A DNA stretch of 58,330 bases from Thermoanaerobaculia bacterium. Lineage in GTDB: Bacteria > Acidobacteriota > Thermoanaerobaculia > Gp7-AA8. The stretch is from assembly GCA_036003305.1 (NCBI GenBank), contig DASYSN010000021.1, positions 1 through 58,330 on the forward strand, in the 5' to 3' direction. The position numbers and the translations under genes were made by a program. Within the stretch, counting starts at the first letter, position 1; each line of letters starts with the position of its first letter. The notes beneath the pieces are model-generated. The model made no database searches and was not told the DNA's origin. It saw only the letters and a program-made list of their open reading frames with translations. This document shows positions 17,752 through 27,155 of this stretch, piece by piece.

Positions 17752-17797
17752 GCGGAGAGGGAAAGCGCCGGCAGGATTGCCGGCGCCACACGGGTTT

Positions 17798-18598
17798 CTA
17801 CTTGCCGGCGAAGGCGGGTTTCCGTTTCTGGTTGTACGCGCCGAGGCCTTCCTTGGCGTCTTCGCTCTGGAAGAGCTGCTGCTGCAGCTCGCGCTCGACG
17901 GCGAGGGCGCTCTCGAAGGGGATCTCCCATCCGGTCTGGACGGAACGCTTGATGCGGCCGACCGCCCTGGAGGCCTTGTTCGGCGGGCAGAAGCTCCACG
18001 CGTACTCCATGACGCGGTCCCACCACTTCTTCCCGTTCTCTTCGGCCGGCCAGACGTAGTTGACGACGCCGAGGCGGAGGGCCTCTTCGAAGTCGAACAG
18101 GCCGCCCTCGATCATCAGCTCGATCGCCTTGGTCTTGCCGACGAGGCGCGACAGCCGCTGCGTGCCGCCCGTTCCGGGGAGCACGCCGAGGGTCACCTCG
18201 GGGAGGCCGACCTTGCCGGCGCCCTGGAGCGCGATGCGCATGTCGGCCGCCATCGCGATCTCGAGACCGCCGCCGACCGTGTGGCCGTTGAGCGCGGCGA
18301 TCACGAGCTTGGGCGTCTGCTCGAGGCGGTTCAGCGTCTCGTTCGCATGGAGGCAGAAGTAGTACTTGAACTGCGGCGTGACCTCCGACAGCATCTTGAT
18401 GTTGGCGCCGGCGGAGAAGAACTTGTCGCCCGCGCCGCGCAGCACGATCACGTGGACGTCGTCGTCCATGCGAGCGCGGAGGATGCACTCATCCAGCTCG
18501 CGGTTCATTTCGTAGGTATAAGTATTCGCGGGGGGATCGTTCAGCTCGAAGATCGCGACCCCTTTTTCGACTCGATAGTCGATCAGATTTCCGGACAT
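17798..18598 (-). CDS. Enoyl-CoA hydratase/isomerase (crotonase) family protein
   Basis: The start is trimmed to MSGNLIDYRVEKGVAIFELN (ATG at 18596-18598). The crotonase motifs FSAGANIK and GHTVGGGLEIAMAAD are present. Confidence 0.9.
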   Translation of the reverse strand: MSGNLIDYRVEKGVAIFELNDPPANTYTYEMNRELDECILRARMDDDVHVIVLRGAGDKFFSAGANIKMLSEVTPQFKYYFCLHANETLNRLEQTPKLVIAALNGHTVGGGLEIAMAADMRIALQGAGKVGLPEVTLGVLPGTGGTQRLSRLVGKTKAIELMIEGGLFDFEEALRLGVVNYVWPAEENGKKWWDRVMEYAWSFCPPNKASRAVGRIKRSVQTGWEIPFESALAVERELQQQLFQSEDAKEGLGAYNQKRKPAFAGK

Positions 18599-18645
18599 CT
18601 TGGCTCCTTCGTCAGAATGAGGCGTGCATTCTATGAGAATTCTGC

Positions 18646-19722
18646 TCACCGGCCGTCGCCGAACGAGATGCCGACGTCGCGGGCGCTCTCGACGATGGGG
18701 CTGTCGGGATCGACGTACTTCATGTTCGAGACGGCGTCGCGAATCGAGACGGGGATGATCTGGTCGCCGCGGAGCGCCACCATCTTGCCGAAGTCGCCGT
18801 GGAGGACGAGGCGCGCGGCGGCGGCGCCGAAGCGGGTGGCGAGGATGCGGTCGAACGCGATCGGCGAGCCGCCGCGCTGGATGTGCCCGAGGACCGTCAC
18901 GCGAATCTCGAGGTCGATGTGCTGCGAAATGTCGGCCGCGACCTGGTACGCGATCCCGCCGAGGCGTCGCGAGGTCTTGTCGAGGTAGCTCTCCTCCCCG
19001 CCCTCGCGTTTCGCCCCCTCGGCGACGACGATGATGTCGAACTTCGACCCTTCCTTCTGGCGCGAGCGGATCGAGCGGACGATCTCCTCGACGCGGTACG
19101 GGATCTCGGGAATCAGGATGATGTCGGCGCCGCCGGCGATTCCGGAGTAGAGCGCGATCCAGCCGGCGTTGCGGCCCATGACCTCGAGCAGCATCACGCG
19201 GTCGTGGCTCTCGGCGGTCGTGTGGAGGCGGTCGACGGCGTCGGTCGCGACGGAAATCGCGGTCATGAAGCCGAAGGTGTAGTCGGTCGCGGCCAGGTCG
19301 TTGTCGATCGTCTTCGGGACGGCGACCATCGGGATGCCCATCTCGCAAAGCCGCTGCGCGATCCGCAACGTTCCGTCGCCGCCGATCGCCACGATCCCGT
19401 CGATCCCCTCGGCGCGGATGTTCTCGATGACCTCGGCTGAGCGGTCGATGCAGCGGATGCGTCCGTCGTCGATGATCGGGTATTCGAACGGGTTTCCGCG
19501 ATTGGTCGTGCGGAGGAGCGTGCCTCCTTTCGGGAGGATGCCGCGGATCGTTTCGGGCGTCAGCGGGACGATGTTGTTGGTCAGCAATCCCTCGAAGCCG
19601 AACTGGATGCCGACCACTTCCGTATCATCGCGTTGCAGCGTGCGGACAGCGGCCCGGATGACTGCGTTGAGACCGGGACAATCGCCGCCTCCGGTCAGAA
19701 TTCCGATCTTTTTACGGCTCAT
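18646..19722 (-). CDS. pfkA: 6-phosphofructokinase (PfkA family; ATP versus PPi specificity not resolved)
   Basis: 358 aa with the motifs IGILTGGGDCPGLNAVIR, IGGDGTL, TIDNDL and GHIQRGG. Confidence 0.9.
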   Translation of the reverse strand: MSRKKIGILTGGGDCPGLNAVIRAAVRTLQRDDTEVVGIQFGFEGLLTNNIVPLTPETIRGILPKGGTLLRTTNRGNPFEYPIIDDGRIRCIDRSAEVIENIRAEGIDGIVAIGGDGTLRIAQRLCEMGIPMVAVPKTIDNDLAATDYTFGFMTAISVATDAVDRLHTTAESHDRVMLLEVMGRNAGWIALYSGIAGGADIILIPEIPYRVEEIVRSIRSRQKEGSKFDIIVVAEGAKREGGEESYLDKTSRRLGGIAYQVAADISQHIDLEIRVTVLGHIQRGGSPIAFDRILATRFGAAAARLVLHGDFGKMVALRGDQIIPVSIRDAVSNMKYVDPDSPIVESARDVGISFGDGR

Positions 19723-19832
19723 CTCGCTCCCACTTCGTGCAAAACATTATCCGGGCTCCTCTGGCACTTTCTGTGCTCAACAGTAGGTTGCCGGCGCGGT
19801 CAGCGCAGGTGCTAACTGGAGGAAGAAACACA

Positions 19833-20087
19833 ATGAATATCATCGGATGGCTGTTGTTCGGCTTGGTCGTAGGCGCCATCGCCAAGTTCCTCATGCCCGG
19901 ACGCGATCCCGGTGGCTGGATCGTGACGATCCTGTTGGGTGTCGCCGGCTCGTTCGTCGGCGGGTTCCTCGCCTCGACACTGATCGGGAAGCAGGAGCAG
20001 ACAGCGGGCTGGATCGGGTCGATCATCGGCGCGATCGTGCTGCTGTTCATCTACCGGCTGATCGTCGGCCGGCGAACCGTCGTCTGA
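19833..20087 (+). CDS. GlsB/YeaQ/YmgE family small membrane protein
   Basis: The protein begins MNIIGWLLFGLVVGAIAKFLMPGRDPGGWIVTILLGVAGSFVGG.... ATG at 19833 is preceded by GGAGGAAG. Confidence 0.85.
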   Translation: MNIIGWLLFGLVVGAIAKFLMPGRDPGGWIVTILLGVAGSFVGGFLASTLIGKQEQTAGWIGSIIGAIVLLFIYRLIVGRRTVV

Positions 20088-20114
20088 CCCTCACTTTTCC
20101 TGGTGATTCTCGAA

Positions 20115-20145
20115 GGCCCCGCAATGTCCCGCGGGGCTTTTTTGT
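20115..20145 (+). terminator. Rho-independent terminator
   Basis: The stem GGCCCCGC / GCGGGGC is followed by TTTTTTG. Confidence 0.7.
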
Positions 20146-20193
20146 TTGGTACATCAACAAACTGTGACAGTCTGTCGTAGGTTCCTCAGAAGC

Positions 20194-20218
20194 GAAACGA
20201 AGACTTTCCGAATTCGTC
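20194..20218 (+). promoter_or_regulatory. Candidate ECF-sigma promoter upstream of htrA
   Basis: GAAAC (20194-20198), a 16-nt spacer, then CGTC (20215-20218), 112 nt upstream of the htrA ATG. This resembles the GAAC-N16/17-CGT(C/A) pattern of envelope-stress ECF sigma factors. Confidence 0.3.
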
Positions 20219-20329
20219 TCACGATATACCAGGGCCGCGCGCGACCCCTGGCACCTCAGGTGCACTCGCCCGCGCCGGCTCCCCCAACGACAGCTTCCAG
20301 CGATCACCAGGAGGAGTTAAATACACACC

Positions 20330-21904
20330 ATGAATCAGTCCAGTAAACGCATTCTTTCGACCATCGCGATCATCATCGCTTCGGTCGCTTTCGGCGTGCT
20401 GATCAGCGCGGACCTCGGGATGATGCAGAAGTCGCACGCCCAGACGTCCACCGCCGTCCAGACGCCAGCCGGCCCCGTGACGTCGGTGACGATTCCGTCA
20501 TTCGCCGATGTCGCGTCCCGCGTGATGCCCGCCGTCGTGTCGATCACGACGACCGAGATCGTTCATCAGAGCTCGCTGCGCCAGCACGGGATGACGATCG
20601 ATCCGTTCGACTTCTTCTTCCCGAATCCGAACGGACAGCGCAACCCGAACAACAACCGCCGCCAGACGCCGGACAACAACGGCAATGACGACGACGCGCG
20701 GCGCCAGCTCAGCGGCGGCTCCGGCTTCATCATCTCGCCCGACGGTTACATCCTGACCAACAACCACGTCGTCGAAGACGCGGCGAAGGTCGAGGTGCAC
20801 TACGGCGCCGATGAGAACGGCAACGGCGGACACACTGTGACCGCCAAGATCATCGGCCGCGACCCCGCCACGGACATCGCTCTCCTCAAGATCGATGCGC
20901 CGACGTCGCTGCCGACCATCGCGCTCGGCGACTCGGATCGCATCCGCAAGGGCGACTGGGCCATCGCCGTCGGCAATCCGTTCCAGTTCGAGAACACGCT
21001 CACGGTCGGGGTCATCTCGGCGAAGGGCCGCTCGCTCAATCTGTCCGAGCAGACCCGCTCGTTCGAGAACTTCATCCAGACCGACGCCGCCATCAACTTC
21101 GGCAACTCCGGCGGCCCGCTCCTGAACATCAACGGCGAAGTGGTCGGTATCAACACCGCCATCCGTGCCGGCGGCGCAGTGGGTCTCGGGTTCGCGACGC
21201 CCATCAACACCGCCAAGCGCCTCCTCCCTCAGCTCAAGCAAGGCAAGGTCGTTCGCGGATGGCTCGGTATGTCGATCACCGACGTGACCGAGAACACGGC
21301 GAAGGCGCTGAATCTCCCCGAGGCGCGTGGTGCTGAAGTCGAGAGTCTCGAGGCGGGTGCGCCCGCGGAAAAGGCCGGGATTCAGCACGGCGACATCGTC
21401 GTCGACGTCGACGGCAAGCCGATTCGGAATAACCGCGAGCTGATCGACTACGTCTCGTACCTGCCGGTCGGGTCGAACGTCAAAATCGGCCTGATCCGTA
21501 ACGGCCAGCATGTCGTCGTGACCGCGAAGACCGCCGAGCGTCCGCCCGACGGCACCGAAGAGACGGAGACCACACCGAGCGCGAACGAGCCGTCGCGCAA
21601 CCGCCTCGGCATGTCCGTCAGCGACATCACCTCGGAGATGCGCTCGCAGTACAACCTCCCCGACAACGTCACCGGCGTCATCGTGACGAGCGTCAAGGAC
21701 GTCTCGGCAGCCGGAGAAGTCGGCATCAGCGAGGGCGACGTCATCAGCGAAGTGCAGGGGACGAAGATCACCAGCGCCGCGCAGTTCCGCAACGTGATCG
21801 ACGCACTGAAGCCGGGCGAATGGATCCGCGTGTACGTCAGCACCCCGACGGGCAAGGGCCGTCCGGTGGCCGGCTACCGCACGATGCAGGTGCCCGCGAA
21901 GTAA
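20330..21904 (+). CDS. htrA: Periplasmic serine endoprotease HtrA/DegP family with two PDZ domains
   Basis: 524 aa with an N-terminal membrane anchor and the trypsin-like triad contexts TNNHVV, DIALLK and GNSGGPL. Confidence 0.9.
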   Translation: MNQSSKRILSTIAIIIASVAFGVLISADLGMMQKSHAQTSTAVQTPAGPVTSVTIPSFADVASRVMPAVVSITTTEIVHQSSLRQHGMTIDPFDFFFPNPNGQRNPNNNRRQTPDNNGNDDDARRQLSGGSGFIISPDGYILTNNHVVEDAAKVEVHYGADENGNGGHTVTAKIIGRDPATDIALLKIDAPTSLPTIALGDSDRIRKGDWAIAVGNPFQFENTLTVGVISAKGRSLNLSEQTRSFENFIQTDAAINFGNSGGPLLNINGEVVGINTAIRAGGAVGLGFATPINTAKRLLPQLKQGKVVRGWLGMSITDVTENTAKALNLPEARGAEVESLEAGAPAEKAGIQHGDIVVDVDGKPIRNNRELIDYVSYLPVGSNVKIGLIRNGQHVVVTAKTAERPPDGTEETETTPSANEPSRNRLGMSVSDITSEMRSQYNLPDNVTGVIVTSVKDVSAAGEVGISEGDVISEVQGTKITSAAQFRNVIDALKPGEWIRVYVSTPTGKGRPVAGYRTMQVPAK

Positions 21905-21925
21905 GCCAATTCACGACGCAATCTG

Positions 21926-21956
21926 AAAAGGGCCGGCTCTCAGCCGGCCCTTTTTG
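21926..21956. terminator. Bidirectional rho-independent terminator
   Basis: The sequence AAAAGGGCCGGCTCTCAGCCGGCCCTTTTT lies between convergent genes. Confidence 0.7.
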
Positions 21957-21961
21957 TTCGA

Positions 21962-22609
21962 TCACTTCAAGTCAAGGCACGTCCGGCAGGCCGCCTCGGG
22001 CATCGCCCGCCTGCACGCGTCCATGATGTCGGCGTCGGTCGCCTTGCCCTTCGCGCCGCGCAACTCCTCGCAGATCGAAGTCTTCTCCGGCGCGGAGATC
22101 GGCGGCTCCTGATACGTCACGCGTCCCTGCTCGACCGCGGTGATCCTCGGCCCGTCTTCGTCGGCGCGCAGCGTCACCTCATCCTTGCCGCGCCACAGCC
22201 GCAAAGCGCTTCCACCCTCCGGCGGAGCGACGAACAGCGCCGACTGGCCATCCGTATTGTCGAGCGTCAACGCGATCTGGTTGCCGCGCTCGAACGTGAT
22301 GTAGCCTCCCCGCTCCTGCCCTGTCTTGTCGTACAACATCACGCCCGTCGCCGGATCGCCGCGCGAAACGCGCTTCCCGCGAATGACCGGATCCGGGAGA
22401 TTCGCGGCGATGCGGACCCGCACTGTGCCGTGGTCGTCGACGACGGTCAGCTCCCGGACGCGCAGCGACTGCGTCGACGGCGGTGCGGTGGTGTGCGACG
22501 CCGTGACGCAACCGGCGACGCCGAGGATGACGAGTTGGAGAACGGAAAGCGTTGCGAGCCAACGATTCCGCCGCTCGCATCGAACGAGACGCTCTTGTAG
22601 GTGGTCCAT
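21962..22609 (-). CDS. Membrane-anchored hypothetical protein
   Basis: 215 aa. ATG is preceded by GGAGGA. It has one N-terminal hydrophobic helix and a Cys-rich C-terminus. Confidence 0.65.
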   Translation of the reverse strand: MDHLQERLVRCERRNRWLATLSVLQLVILGVAGCVTASHTTAPPSTQSLRVRELTVVDDHGTVRVRIAANLPDPVIRGKRVSRGDPATGVMLYDKTGQERGGYITFERGNQIALTLDNTDGQSALFVAPPEGGSALRLWRGKDEVTLRADEDGPRITAVEQGRVTYQEPPISAPEKTSICEELRGAKGKATDADIMDACRRAMPEAACRTCLDLK

Positions 22610-22686
22610 AGCTCCTCCAATGCTTTGGCTTACGCGACGTCAACCGCCGGGGTTTCTTCTGTAACGACGGGTACAATCGCGCCGCC

Positions 22687-23688
22687 GTGAACGACGACCT
22701 TTTCATGCGGCGCGCGCTGGAGCTGGCGGCGCAGGGGCGGTACTCGACGAGTCCGAACCCGATGGTCGGGTGCGTGATCGTCCGCGACGACCAGATCATC
22801 GCGGAGGGTTTTCACCGCCGCGCCGGCGAAGCGCACGCCGAGGTCGAGGCGCTCCGGAACTGCCGCGACCCGCATGGTGCGACGCTCTACGTGACGCTCG
22901 AACCGTGCTCCCATCATGGACGTACGCCGCCATGCGCCGACGCTGTGATCGCGTCGCGCGTCGCGCGCGTGGTCGTCGCCATGCGCGATCCGCACGACGT
23001 CGTCGACGGCCGCGGGATCGAGCGGATCGAAGCGGGGGGCATCCCGGTCACCACCGGCGTCTGCGAAGCGGAAGCGCGGAAGCTCAACGAGCGATTCGTC
23101 TGGTCGGTGACGAAGAAACGGCCGTTCGTCCTGCTCAAAGCGGCGATGACGCTCGACGGCAAGCTGGCGACCATCACGCGCGACAGCCGCTGGATCACCG
23201 GCGACGCCGCGCGGAATCGCAGCCTGGAGCTGCGCGAGGAGTATGACGCGATCCTCGTCGGCGGCGGCACGGTCGCCGCGGACAACCCGCACCTCACCCG
23301 CCGCCTCGGCTGGTCGCCTACGCCGTGGACGCGCGTGATCCTCGATCGCGATCGCACGGTGCCGTCCGACGCGCATGTGCTCACCGACGGCGGCGCGACG
23401 CTGCACGTCACCGATGACCTGGATCTCGACCCGCTGCTCGAGAGCCTCTACACGCGCGGCATTCAGTCGCTCATCGTCGAAGGCGGATCCGTCGTCCACT
23501 CCGACTTCATCCGCCGCAAGCTGTGGCAGAAGATGCTCGTCTTCGTCGCACCGGCAATCGTCGGCGGCGCCGCGGCGCCCTCGATCTTCAGCGGCGAGCC
23601 GGTGAGCCGGTTGACAGATGCTTACCGCTTTCGTTTTGATCGATCGGAAATGATTGGCGACGATCTGATGATCGTCGCGTACCCCTGA
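22687..23688 (+). CDS. ribD: Bifunctional riboflavin biosynthesis deaminase/reductase RibD
   Basis: GTG start. The deaminase zinc motifs HAEVEAL and PCSHHGRTPPC are present, followed by a C-terminal reductase domain. Confidence 0.9.
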   Translation: MNDDLFMRRALELAAQGRYSTSPNPMVGCVIVRDDQIIAEGFHRRAGEAHAEVEALRNCRDPHGATLYVTLEPCSHHGRTPPCADAVIASRVARVVVAMRDPHDVVDGRGIERIEAGGIPVTTGVCEAEARKLNERFVWSVTKKRPFVLLKAAMTLDGKLATITRDSRWITGDAARNRSLELREEYDAILVGGGTVAADNPHLTRRLGWSPTPWTRVILDRDRTVPSDAHVLTDGGATLHVTDDLDLDPLLESLYTRGIQSLIVEGGSVVHSDFIRRKLWQKMLVFVAPAIVGGAAAPSIFSGEPVSRLTDAYRFRFDRSEMIGDDLMIVAYP

Positions 23689-23689
23689 A

Positions 23690-24289
23690 ATGTTCACCGG
23701 CATCATCCACCACACGGGCGTCATCGAGGCGCTCGATCGGCTGCCGAACGGCGCGCGGCTCCGGCTGCGGACGACGGATCCGGAGCCGTTCGTGCGCGGC
23801 GAGAGCCTCGCCGTGAACGGCGTCTGCCTGACGATGCTGCCGGAAGACGGCTTCCTCGTCGCTGATGTCTCGGATGAGACGCTCTCGTTGACGACGCTCG
23901 GCTCGCTCGCCGCCGGAAGCCGCGTCAACGTCGAGCGCGCCCTCGCCCTCGGCGATCGGCTCGGCGGTCATCTCGTGCAGGGACACGTCGACGGCACCGG
24001 CTCGCTGCTCTCGATCGAGACGGAAGGCGAGTTCGCGGTCTACCGCTGGAGCTATCCGGGAACGTTCGCCGATCTCGTCGTCAGCAAAGGCTCGATCGCG
24101 GTCGATGGCGTATCGCTCACGGTCGTCGAGCCCGACGCCGAAAGCTTCGGCGCCGCGCTCATTCCGGAGACGCTGCGCCGCACGAATCTCGGCGACGCGA
24201 AGCCTGGCGAAGCGGTGAACCTCGAGTTCGACATGGTCGCGAAGCACATCCGCAACCTCGTCGCGCCGTACATCCGGACCGGCACTTGA
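23690..24289 (+). CDS. ribE: Riboflavin synthase alpha chain
   Basis: The N-terminus is MFTGIIHHTGVI.... Duplicated lumazine-binding repeats are present (GESLAVNGVCLT and GSIAVDGVSLT). Confidence 0.9.
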   Translation: MFTGIIHHTGVIEALDRLPNGARLRLRTTDPEPFVRGESLAVNGVCLTMLPEDGFLVADVSDETLSLTTLGSLAAGSRVNVERALALGDRLGGHLVQGHVDGTGSLLSIETEGEFAVYRWSYPGTFADLVVSKGSIAVDGVSLTVVEPDAESFGAALIPETLRRTNLGDAKPGEAVNLEFDMVAKHIRNLVAPYIRTGT

Positions 24290-25311
24290 TCCTCTACCGC
24301 AAGGCGCAGGCGCTTCGGGTCAAACGCGTCGCCGCGCCGGAGCCTCCGTTCTGGTACGCGACGGCGGTCGCGCCTTATTCGCCGCGCCGCGCGCAGCCGA
24401 TTGCGATCGACTACGTCGACCTGCTCGCAACGGCGGCCGAGCGCATGGAGGTGACGGTGTGCGATCGCGTCCGCGACGAGCTGTCGCGCGCGACGCGTCT
24501 CCGCGAGCCGCTGCTGATCGAGGCGGCGGAGATCGCCGAGGAGATCTTCGCGCGCGGTGCGGAAGCGTGCGAGTTCTGCATCGATTTCGACATCCCGGCG
24601 CTGTTGCTCACGTCGACGCGCGGCGCGCTGCCGCGGTTCGTCTGCGATCTCGTCATCGTGGCGTGGCCCGCGGACGTCGCGCGGCTCGATGGCATGTTCG
24701 CCGAGGCGAGCGAACGGCGGACGCGGTGGGGAGCCGCGGTGCCGCTCGTCTTTCCGGCGACGACCGACCTCGTCGTGCTCGAAGCGGTCGCCGATCTCGC
24801 GAAGAAGCACGGGGCGGCATTCTTCGCGCCGATCCCGGTCGAGCTCGACCCGGCGGCGAAGCAGTCGATCGCGGCCCACTTCGCGCTCGACGAGGAGACG
24901 TACGAGCTCCTCTTCCACGCCGATCTCGAGCCGATGCGGACCGCGACCGAGCGGCACGTCGCGGCGCTCGCGCACGAACGCGGAATGGGCGACTTCATCC
25001 CGCCGCCGCGCTGGAACGACCGGACGAACTGGAACGGCGCGGTGCTCCTGACGCTCACGTCCGCCCGGATGATGGCGATGGATCACGAGCCGGAGATCGC
25101 CGGGATGCTGGCGCGCTCCGCGCGCGCGGTCGCGGAGCTCGACAAACCGATCGCGCGGATCGCGGAGGCGGCGAGCCTGTCGATCGTCGAAACGCTCGAC
25201 GAGATCAGCGTCGACCTGCTGATGGAGTGGCTGTCGGGAGCGACGCCGGCGTTCGTCGAGCGGATCAACCGCGCGTGGCGGCTGCGGCGGGACGCGGGAG
25301 TGAGTGACTAG
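24286..25311 (+). CDS. Hypothetical protein (341 aa), translationally coupled to ribE
   Basis: The TTG start overlaps the ribE stop codon. I recognise no motif, and coding-like codon bias is the main support. Confidence 0.6.
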   Translation: MILYRKAQALRVKRVAAPEPPFWYATAVAPYSPRRAQPIAIDYVDLLATAAERMEVTVCDRVRDELSRATRLREPLLIEAAEIAEEIFARGAEACEFCIDFDIPALLLTSTRGALPRFVCDLVIVAWPADVARLDGMFAEASERRTRWGAAVPLVFPATTDLVVLEAVADLAKKHGAAFFAPIPVELDPAAKQSIAAHFALDEETYELLFHADLEPMRTATERHVAALAHERGMGDFIPPPRWNDRTNWNGAVLLTLTSARMMAMDHEPEIAGMLARSARAVAELDKPIARIAEAASLSIVETLDEISVDLLMEWLSGATPAFVERINRAWRLRRDAGVSD

Positions 25312-25665
25312 TCACTTCTTGTGCGTCACTTTGACCTTCGTCGAGATCCCGCCGCGAACGTAGAAGTCGCCTTCGACCTCGATGTACCGCGGATCGATGG
25401 CTGCGATCAGATCGTTCGCGATCCGGTTCGTGACCGCCTCGTGGAACGCTCCCTCGTCGCGGTACGACCAGAGGTAGAGCTTGAGCGACTTCAGCTCGAC
25501 GCACTTCTCATCCGGAGTGTAGCGGATGCGGATCGTGGCGAAATCGGGCTGCCCCGTCATCGGGCAGAGGCAGGTGAACTCCGGCGCCTCGAACGCGATC
25601 TCGTAATCCCGCTCCGGATTCGGATTCGCGAACGTCTCCAGCTCTTTGCTCGGCTTCGTGGGCAT
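25312..25665 (-). CDS. queF: NADPH-dependent 7-cyano-7-deazaguanine reductase QueF
   Basis: 117 aa with the motifs [14 protein letters not shown] and [17 protein letters not shown]. Confidence 0.9.
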   Translation of the reverse strand: MPTKPSKELETFANPNPERDYEIAFEAPEFTCLCPMTGQPDFATIRIRYTPDEKCVELKSLKLYLWSYRDEGAFHEAVTNRIANDLIAAIDPRYIEVEGDFYVRGGISTKVKVTHKK

Positions 25666-25666
25666 C

Positions 25667-27133
25667 CTATTTCTTCGGCGCGCCGCCGGCCATCAGCTTC
25701 TGGTTCAGCTCCTTGATGCGCTCCTGGAGCTGGCCGATCTTGGCCTGGGCGTCGGCGCGGAGGCGCTCGTTCTCGGCGCGCATGCGCGCGACCTCTTCTT
25801 CGCGCTGGCGGTCGCCGCCCTGGTTCTGCGCCATCTGGGAGCGGAGGAAGTCGACGTCGTGGCGGAGGGATTCGAGCTCCTCGTCCTTGTCGGCGAGCCG
25901 CTGGCGCCACTGGACTTCCTGTTCTTCGTAGAGCCGCTTGATGTCCATCAGCTCCGTGATCTGCGAGAAATCGGAATAGCTGGGGGCCATGTCTCCTCCG
26001 GCGCGCACGCGCTCCTCGATCTGCGGGAAGAGCTTGCGGAGCTTCAGCGAGAGATCGTCGGGATCGCTCGCCAGCGCCATCGCGTCTTCGTAGTTGATCT
26101 TCTGATGCACCAGCAGCGCGACGAGCGACTGATTCATCGACTGCATGCGGAGCACTCCGACCGACGACTCGATCGCCTCGAGGATCTCTTTGGTGTTCCC
26201 CTCTTCGATGAGCTTCGCGATCTGCGGCGAGTTCTTCAGCACCTCGACCGCCGCCGTCAGCCGCCCGTCCTTCGTCTTGACCAGCTTGAGCGAGATGATC
26301 CCGCGCAGGACGAGCGCGAGCTGAGCGCGGATCTGTTTGTGTTGCTCCGGCGGGAACGAGTCGATGATGCGGTCGATCGTCTGGGCCGCGTTGTTCGTGT
26401 GCAGCGTCGAGAAGACGAGGTGGCCGGTCTCGGCCGCCGTGAGCACCGTCTGCATCGTCTCGACGTCGCGCATCTCACCGACCATCACGACGTCGGGGTC
26501 CTGGCGCATGGCGTTCCGCAGCGCTTCCTTGAAGCTCGGCGTGTCGGTGCCGACCTCGCGCTGCGAGATCGCCGCGATCTTGTCGATGAAGAGGAACTCG
26601 ATCGGGTCCTCGATCGTGACGATGTGCAGCGGCTCGGTGTCCGAGATGTGGCTGATCATCGCCGCGAGGGTGGTCGACTTTCCGGATCCGGTCGGGCCGG
26701 TCACGAGCACCAGGCCGTCGGGAATCTGCGTCAGCTCGCGGACCGCTTCCGGCAGCTCGAGCTGATCGACCGTCTGCACCTGGATCGGAATGCGGCGGAA
26801 GACGGCGCCGACCGTCCCGCGCTGCATGTAGACGTTCGCGCGGAAACGCGCCACGCCCGGCACGCCGTACCCGAAGTCGACCGCCTGCGTGGCGTCGAAC
26901 TTCTCCCGCTGCTGTTTCGAGAGCAGTGGCAGCAGCAGCCGCTCCAGGTCGGGCGGCTTGAGAGGATCGGTCTTGACGGGAATCAGTTTCCCGCGCACGC
27001 GCACGAGCGGCGGCCGCATGGGCTTGAGATGGAGGTCCGACGCCTCCTGTTTCGCCATGTAGACGAGGAGGTCGTTCAGCGTGAACGCGTGCTGCTGCTC
27101 CGCTGGAGCCGGAGGTGCGACTGGGACCGTCAC
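25667..27133 (-). CDS. pilT: PilT-family type IV pilus retraction ATPase with a C-terminal coiled-coil extension
   Basis: Walker [11 protein letters not shown], the Asp box, the His box [12 protein letters not shown] and AIRNLIRE-like [11 protein letters not shown] are present. About 130 extra Glu/Arg/Gln-rich residues follow the ATPase core. Confidence 0.85.
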   Translation of the reverse strand: MTVPVAPPAPAEQQHAFTLNDLLVYMAKQEASDLHLKPMRPPLVRVRGKLIPVKTDPLKPPDLERLLLPLLSKQQREKFDATQAVDFGYGVPGVARFRANVYMQRGTVGAVFRRIPIQVQTVDQLELPEAVRELTQIPDGLVLVTGPTGSGKSTTLAAMISHISDTEPLHIVTIEDPIEFLFIDKIAAISQREVGTDTPSFKEALRNAMRQDPDVVMVGEMRDVETMQTVLTAAETGHLVFSTLHTNNAAQTIDRIIDSFPPEQHKQIRAQLALVLRGIISLKLVKTKDGRLTAAVEVLKNSPQIAKLIEEGNTKEILEAIESSVGVLRMQSMNQSLVALLVHQKINYEDAMALASDPDDLSLKLRKLFPQIEERVRAGGDMAPSYSDFSQITELMDIKRLYEEQEVQWRQRLADKDEELESLRHDVDFLRSQMAQNQGGDRQREEEVARMRAENERLRADAQAKIGQLQERIKELNQKLMAGGAPKK

Positions 27134-27155
27134 GGGCGCGATTATAGCGGTCGAG

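Noticed and set aside
18599-19348. Upstream part of the 516-aa ORF 17798-19348
   Set aside because: Only the last 266 codons match crotonase. The Arg/Pro/Asp-rich upstream part overlaps the well-supported pfk gene in another frame.
22610-22686. FMN riboswitch upstream of ribD
   Set aside because: Only about 77 nt of spacer is available, and I cannot find the conserved FMN-element helices. This cannot be excluded without a covariance-model scan (Rfam RF00050).
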